Origin: an uncultured Nitrospiraceae bacterium
Lineage (GTDB): Bacteria; Nitrospirota; Nitrospiria; Nitrospirales; Nitrospiraceae
NCBI GenBank assembly: GCA_963706325.1
Contig: CAVPLT010000005.1
Coordinates: 290,454-354,453 of the forward strand
DNA length: 64,000 nt
Direction: 5' to 3'
Each line of letters opens with the position of its first letter. Within the stretch, counting starts at the first letter, position 1. The notes beneath the pieces are model-generated. The model did no database searches. It saw only the letters and a list, made by a program, of their open reading frames with translations, and was not told where the DNA came from. Below are positions 61,470-64,000 of the stretch, piece by piece. The position numbers were made by a program, and so were the translations under genes.

Positions 61470-61871
61470 GCATAAATCATCCAAACTCATTGCATTTAGT
61501 TTCTCGCGCAGCGCCAGATCAGACTCCGGCAGAGGCGCAAGTCCGTGGGTCAGCGCTTTGATATAAAGCCCGCTTCCACCCGCGACGATCGCGAGCTTGC
61601 AGCGCGAATTGATTTCGTCGATAGCACGTGAGGCGGCGCGCCGGTACTTTTCCGCATTCATCTCATCGCGGAGAGGTGTTGTGCCGATCATGTGATGCGG
61701 CGTCTTTGCCAGGGTCGAGCCGTCCGGGTTTGCCGTGAGTAGATCAAGACCCCGATAAATTTGAAATGCGTCCGCACTGACAATTTCCGCGCCGATTTCG
61801 TGCGACACGTCCGCTGCCAACTCAGACTTCCCGGTTGCAGTCGGGCCGACGATAAAGAAAGCGTGTTTCAT
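61470..61871 (-). pseudogene. miaA: tRNA dimethylallyltransferase, N-terminal ~130 aa only
   Basis: IVGPTATGKS, SADAFQIYRGLD, PHHMIG and GGSGLYIKAL motifs; homology stops abruptly. Confidence 0.88.
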
Positions 61872-61990
61872 CGAATCACGTCGATCTTAACTGTTTGACA
61901 TTGTCCTAAAGGCAAATTGGGAGACCTTAGCGTCCACTGTCACTTCATTCCGAGCCCAACTGCAGGCTTGATTTTCTCACGAGTTTTTAT

Positions 61991-62818
61991 TTGAATCACG
62001 GCGTGAGCTGTTCCGGTCAGGCTGAATGCTCACCCCCGAACGAGTCCGCACACGCCGCGGACCTTCACGAATTGACTGCAAACGGTTCGGCGCCGCGCAC
62101 ACAAAAAGGGAAGGCGCAATTCACTACCACACACTGGAGCGTGGTATTGGAGGCCCAAAGTGAATCGCCCGTCGCGCAGGAGGCACTGGAGAAGCTCTGC
62201 CGCGCTTATTGGCGACCCATTTATGGTTTTGTGCAGCGGCAGGGAATTGGACCCGAAGAAGCAAAAGATATCACCCAGGGTTTTTTTGCAGATTTGCTGG
62301 AGCACAAAAGCCTTGCTGCCGTCCGCAAGGAAAAAGGACGCTTTCGTTCTTATCTCCTTGGGGCACTAAAATATTTTCTGGCCGACGAACGCCGTCGCAT
62401 GATGGCAATCAAGCGAGGAAAAGGACAACGGCTTATCCCGCTCGAAGAATTAAGCCCTGACGAACGAAGCGAGATAGAACTCACGGATCCGTTAACTGCG
62501 GAGCAAATTTACGAACGTCGCTGGGCGTCTACGGTGCTCGCACGCGTGCTTGATCTCTTAAAAAATGAGTACCGGACGGCAGGCAATGCCAGGTTGTTTG
62601 ACTCTTTGAAGCAACTGTTACCCGACGAACCGGGCGCCCCCACTCAAGCGGATATCGCTACACAACTAGACATGAGCGCCAATGCAGTCAGGCAGGCGTT
62701 TTATCGCTTTCGTCAGCGCTATCAATCATTGTTGCGAGAGGAAATCGCTCACACGGTTGCTACGCCCGGCGACGTTGAAGACGAGTTACGCCATCTGATA
62801 GCCGTCGTTCGAACGTAA
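61991..62818 (+). CDS. ECF sigma factor of the STK-associated type
   Basis: FTTTHWSVVL, ALEKLCRAYWRPIY, KGRFRSYLL and VEDELRHL motifs; start uncertain. Confidence 0.88.
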   Translation: MNHGVSCSGQAECSPPNESAHAADLHELTANGSAPRTQKGKAQFTTTHWSVVLEAQSESPVAQEALEKLCRAYWRPIYGFVQRQGIGPEEAKDITQGFFADLLEHKSLAAVRKEKGRFRSYLLGALKYFLADERRRMMAIKRGKGQRLIPLEELSPDERSEIELTDPLTAEQIYERRWASTVLARVLDLLKNEYRTAGNARLFDSLKQLLPDEPGAPTQADIATQLDMSANAVRQAFYRFRQRYQSLLREEIAHTVATPGDVEDELRHLIAVVRT

Positions 62819-62838
62819 GACCTGCTATTCCGCCAAAT

Positions 62839-64000
62839 ATGGCGACAGTCACGAGAGTCTGTCGAAAGTGCGGTACGAAAATCTTTTCCGACGCACCCGA
62901 AGGACTGTGCACCGGGTGCGTGCTCGAAACAGCACTTGGAATGTTTCCGGACACTGTAGCCGCTGGCGATGACTGCGGCTCGGCCAGCCGCCATCACCGA
63001 TGCCGGCTACAGCGCGCGCCGCAAAAAACCTGGGAGAGCTAGGTGACTACGAGTTAATCGAGGAAGTCGGACGCGGCGGCCAAGGTGTAGTCTTCCGCGC
63101 CCGACAGAAAAGCCTTAACCGCATAGTCGCATTAAAAGTCATTGGCCTTGGGCAGTGGGCCACCAAAGCGCACCTCAAGCGCTTTCGCTTGGAAGCAGAA
63201 GCTGCTGCCAGCCTCGATCATGCATGCATCGTCCCAATTTACGAGGTGGGCGAGCGCGATGGGCAATGCTACTTCAGCATGAAGTTTGTCGAAGGAGGTC
63301 AGCTTGACGAAGTGGTTAAAGACGCGCCTATGTCCACCCGGCAGGCGGTGGAACTCATCGCAAAGGCGGCACGCACAGTGCATTATGCGCACGAACACGG
63401 CATTCTCCATCGTGACATCAAACCCGGAAACATTCTGCTTGATGCAAAGGGCGAACCGCATCTTACCGATTTTGGCCTTGCCCGATTAGTTGAATCTGAG
63501 AGCACGGTTACGCGCACACTGGAAGTGTTAGGCACACCCAGTTATATGTCGCCGGAACAAGCAGCCGGAAACAACACCCAGGTAACCCGTAGCAACAGAC
63601 GTGTATGGGCTTGGTGCAGTGCTCTACCAGCTTCTCACTGACCATCCGCCCTTTGCCGGAGGCACAGCCTACGAGACCATCAAGTTACTTCTGGAAACCG
63701 AGCCACGCTTGCCGCGTTTGTGGAACGCAAAAATAGACCGTGATATTTCTACCATTTGCCTGAAGCGTCGAAACAGTCTCCACAGCGCCGTTACTCTTCT
63801 GCTCTGGCACTGGCCGGAGGACTTGGAGCGTTGGCTTAAGCACGAACCAATCCAGGCTTGGCTAATGGGGTGCTCGCTCGTGGAAAAAAATGGCTGCAAC
63901 GAAATCCAACTGCTGCGGGAATTGTCGTATTGTCCGCTCGCCTGATAGTGTAGGCGTTGCGTCGGAAAACCGAACGATTTCGCCGTCCGCCTACCGCTGG
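62839..64000 (+). pseudogene. Ser/Thr protein kinase with N-terminal zinc ribbon, frameshifted and partial
   Basis: CRKC...CTGC, GRGGQGVV, VALK, HRDIKPGN, DFGLAR and GTPSYMSPEQ across frames. Confidence 0.88.

Larger units (their letters stand above)
58797..61470 (-). mobile_element. Probable filamentous (inovirus-like) prophage end, on the 5' side of tRNA-Arg
   Basis: Integrase, xis, RadC and two coat-like genes; truncated at the miaA junction. Confidence 0.65.

Noticed and set aside
61206..61871. 221-aa MiaA fusion with a hydrophobic tail
   Set aside because: Accidental in-frame run-through from truncated miaA into the coat-protein signal peptide.

Overview
Most of the window (about 3.5-35 kb) is ordinary bacterial core chromosome that looks Nitrospira-like (my inference from gene content and protein style, not a database result). 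It holds a Hpt / hybrid kinase / REC-GGDEF / REC cluster, yqeY, an MFS transporter, glutathione peroxidase, htpX, a cupredoxin, squalene/phytoene synthase, ferredoxins, ald, tRNA-Pro(CGG), acylphosphatase, a sigma-70 factor, apt, DksA, queC, malQ and a sigma-54 two-component pair. From about 35 to 61.5 kb lies an accessory hotspot built around tRNA-Arg(CCT) (58720-58796, minus). (1) An apparently intact 14.8 kb satellite-like integrative element (DUF3987 - Xis - XRE - tyrosine integrase) ends at a diverged tRNA 3' half at 43942-43987. Its cargo (Wzy plus GT2, LuxR solo, lipoproteins) is separated by mosaic repeats, two of which carry a motif matching the integrase 3' end. (2) Two decayed sister elements lie further left. 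(3) All three elements carry an unannotated, intact 42-aa membrane micro-protein with its own promoter, convergent with xis. (4) On the 5' side of the same tRNA is a frameshift-rich, inverted homologous integrase/xis module plus RadC and two inovirus-type coat genes, probably the end of a filamentous prophage. Both ends of the window (GH15 gene at 1-2.3 kb; truncated miaA, ECF sigma and Ser/Thr kinase after about 61.47 kb) join abruptly in mid-gene. Indel-dense stretches nearby suggest low-coverage or chimeric assembly, so many frameshifts may be sequencing errors.
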